NCBI GenBank assembly: GCA_045837725.1
Contig: JBEWZL010000209.1
Span: 434,001-498,000 of the forward strand
DNA length: 64,000 bases
Source of the DNA: Vermamoeba vermiformis
Taxonomy: Eukaryota
Direction of reading: 5' to 3'
A program made the translations under genes and the position numbers. The notes below the pieces were generated by a model that worked only from the letters and a program-made list of their open reading frames with translations, searched no databases and was not told the origin of the DNA. Numbering within the stretch: position 1 is the stretch's first letter; each line of letters starts with the position of its first letter. Shown here one piece after another: positions 63,265-64,000 of this stretch.

Positions 63265-64000
63265 TTACCAATCGAATTCACCATTGGCCTTTTGAAATAA
63301 GAAGTCTCTACCGTTCAAATGCATGACACCGTCGCGTAACGCTGCTTTTCGCTTACTACGCACACGTGTAACTTTTTCAAACAAACAAATAACAATGTTA
63401 TCTGTTTCAGGCTCTTTGTCTTCATCGTCGTCCAAATCCGATCCTAACTCGTCATCGTCTGAATTCAATTCTTCATCATCGCCAAGACCTTCGTCAACTA
63501 CTTTAGCTCTCTTATTTCCTTTCTACAATACCATTCATTAGTAACTATAACGAATACTACATCGAATAAAGCAATAACAGATCTCGGTAAACACGTGTAG
63601 ATCGAGCAATAAAATTCGCTTATTGTGCTACTCCTCAATAGTGAATATATGCGTACCTTAGCGGCCTTGGTACCCTCACTCCAGTTAGAGGGATTAGTAG
63701 CATGTTGTTGCAAGTTAGTGTTAATATTGTTCGACGCAACTTGGATCGGGGGCAAAATTGGTGCACCAGTAGTATTCGGCACTGAAATAGCACGACCATT
63801 GCCGAGCTGGAAGGTCTTGGTGCCACTAATAGGATTGATAAGGCCTAAATTCACAAATTCTTAGTAAAATGGTTTTTGGTCTGGATCGGATCAAGTGGCA
63901 CGTACCAGCGGCCGTGGTCATGACAATAGGATTATTAGCTGTTAACAGCTGATTGTTATTTAGTGTTCCCGGAATAGCATCAGGTGCGAGAGGTGTGTTG
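63265..64000 (-). CDS. GTF2A1: Transcription initiation factor IIA large subunit, 3' part (truncated by the window edge)
   Basis: C-terminus DELGSDLDD...NIVICLFEKVTRVRSKRKAALRDGVMHLNGRDFLFQKANGEFDW*. Confidence 0.9.

Noticed and set aside
1-64000. tRNA, rRNA or other ncRNA genes
   Set aside because: None recognisable by eye; tRNAscan-SE or Infernal would be needed to exclude them.

Overview
This is intron-rich eukaryotic DNA (short GT-AG introns with CTAAC/ACTAA-type branch sites); a unicellular eukaryote is my inference, and the species cannot be determined. About 50 kb (151-49835) is dominated by an array of 13 paralogous multi-exon genes plus one gene fragment. Each spliced gene encodes: an unrecognised ~150-aa N-terminal domain (motif FDFRK, ending in a basic KKRK/RKRK/GKRR patch), an acidic Ser/Pro linker, a peptidase S74 / intramolecular-chaperone autocleavage (ICA) domain (FYKA|SDINIKED), a coiled coil, one TM helix and, in 12 of 13 copies, a hypervariable plant-RLK-type LRR ectodomain at the C-terminus. 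This resembles a MYRF/MrfA-style self-cleaving membrane-tethered transcription factor fused to a diversified LRR sensor. The S74 core is homogenised at nucleotide level, while the N-terminal and LRR modules appear shuffled between copies. Interspersed are an RI-like LRR gene, a kinase with a possible PD-(D/E)xK-like region, a heptad-repeat coiled-coil gene, an MFS transporter and a secreted beta-propeller gene. The right end holds more ordinary genes: HIPL1/HHIP-like, F-box/LRR, a Cys-motif protein, a divergent Arf, PSF1, ALG1, an intron-containing AlkB-type alkane monooxygenase and a partial TFIIA large subunit. Exon boundaries were read by eye; gene spans are approximate.
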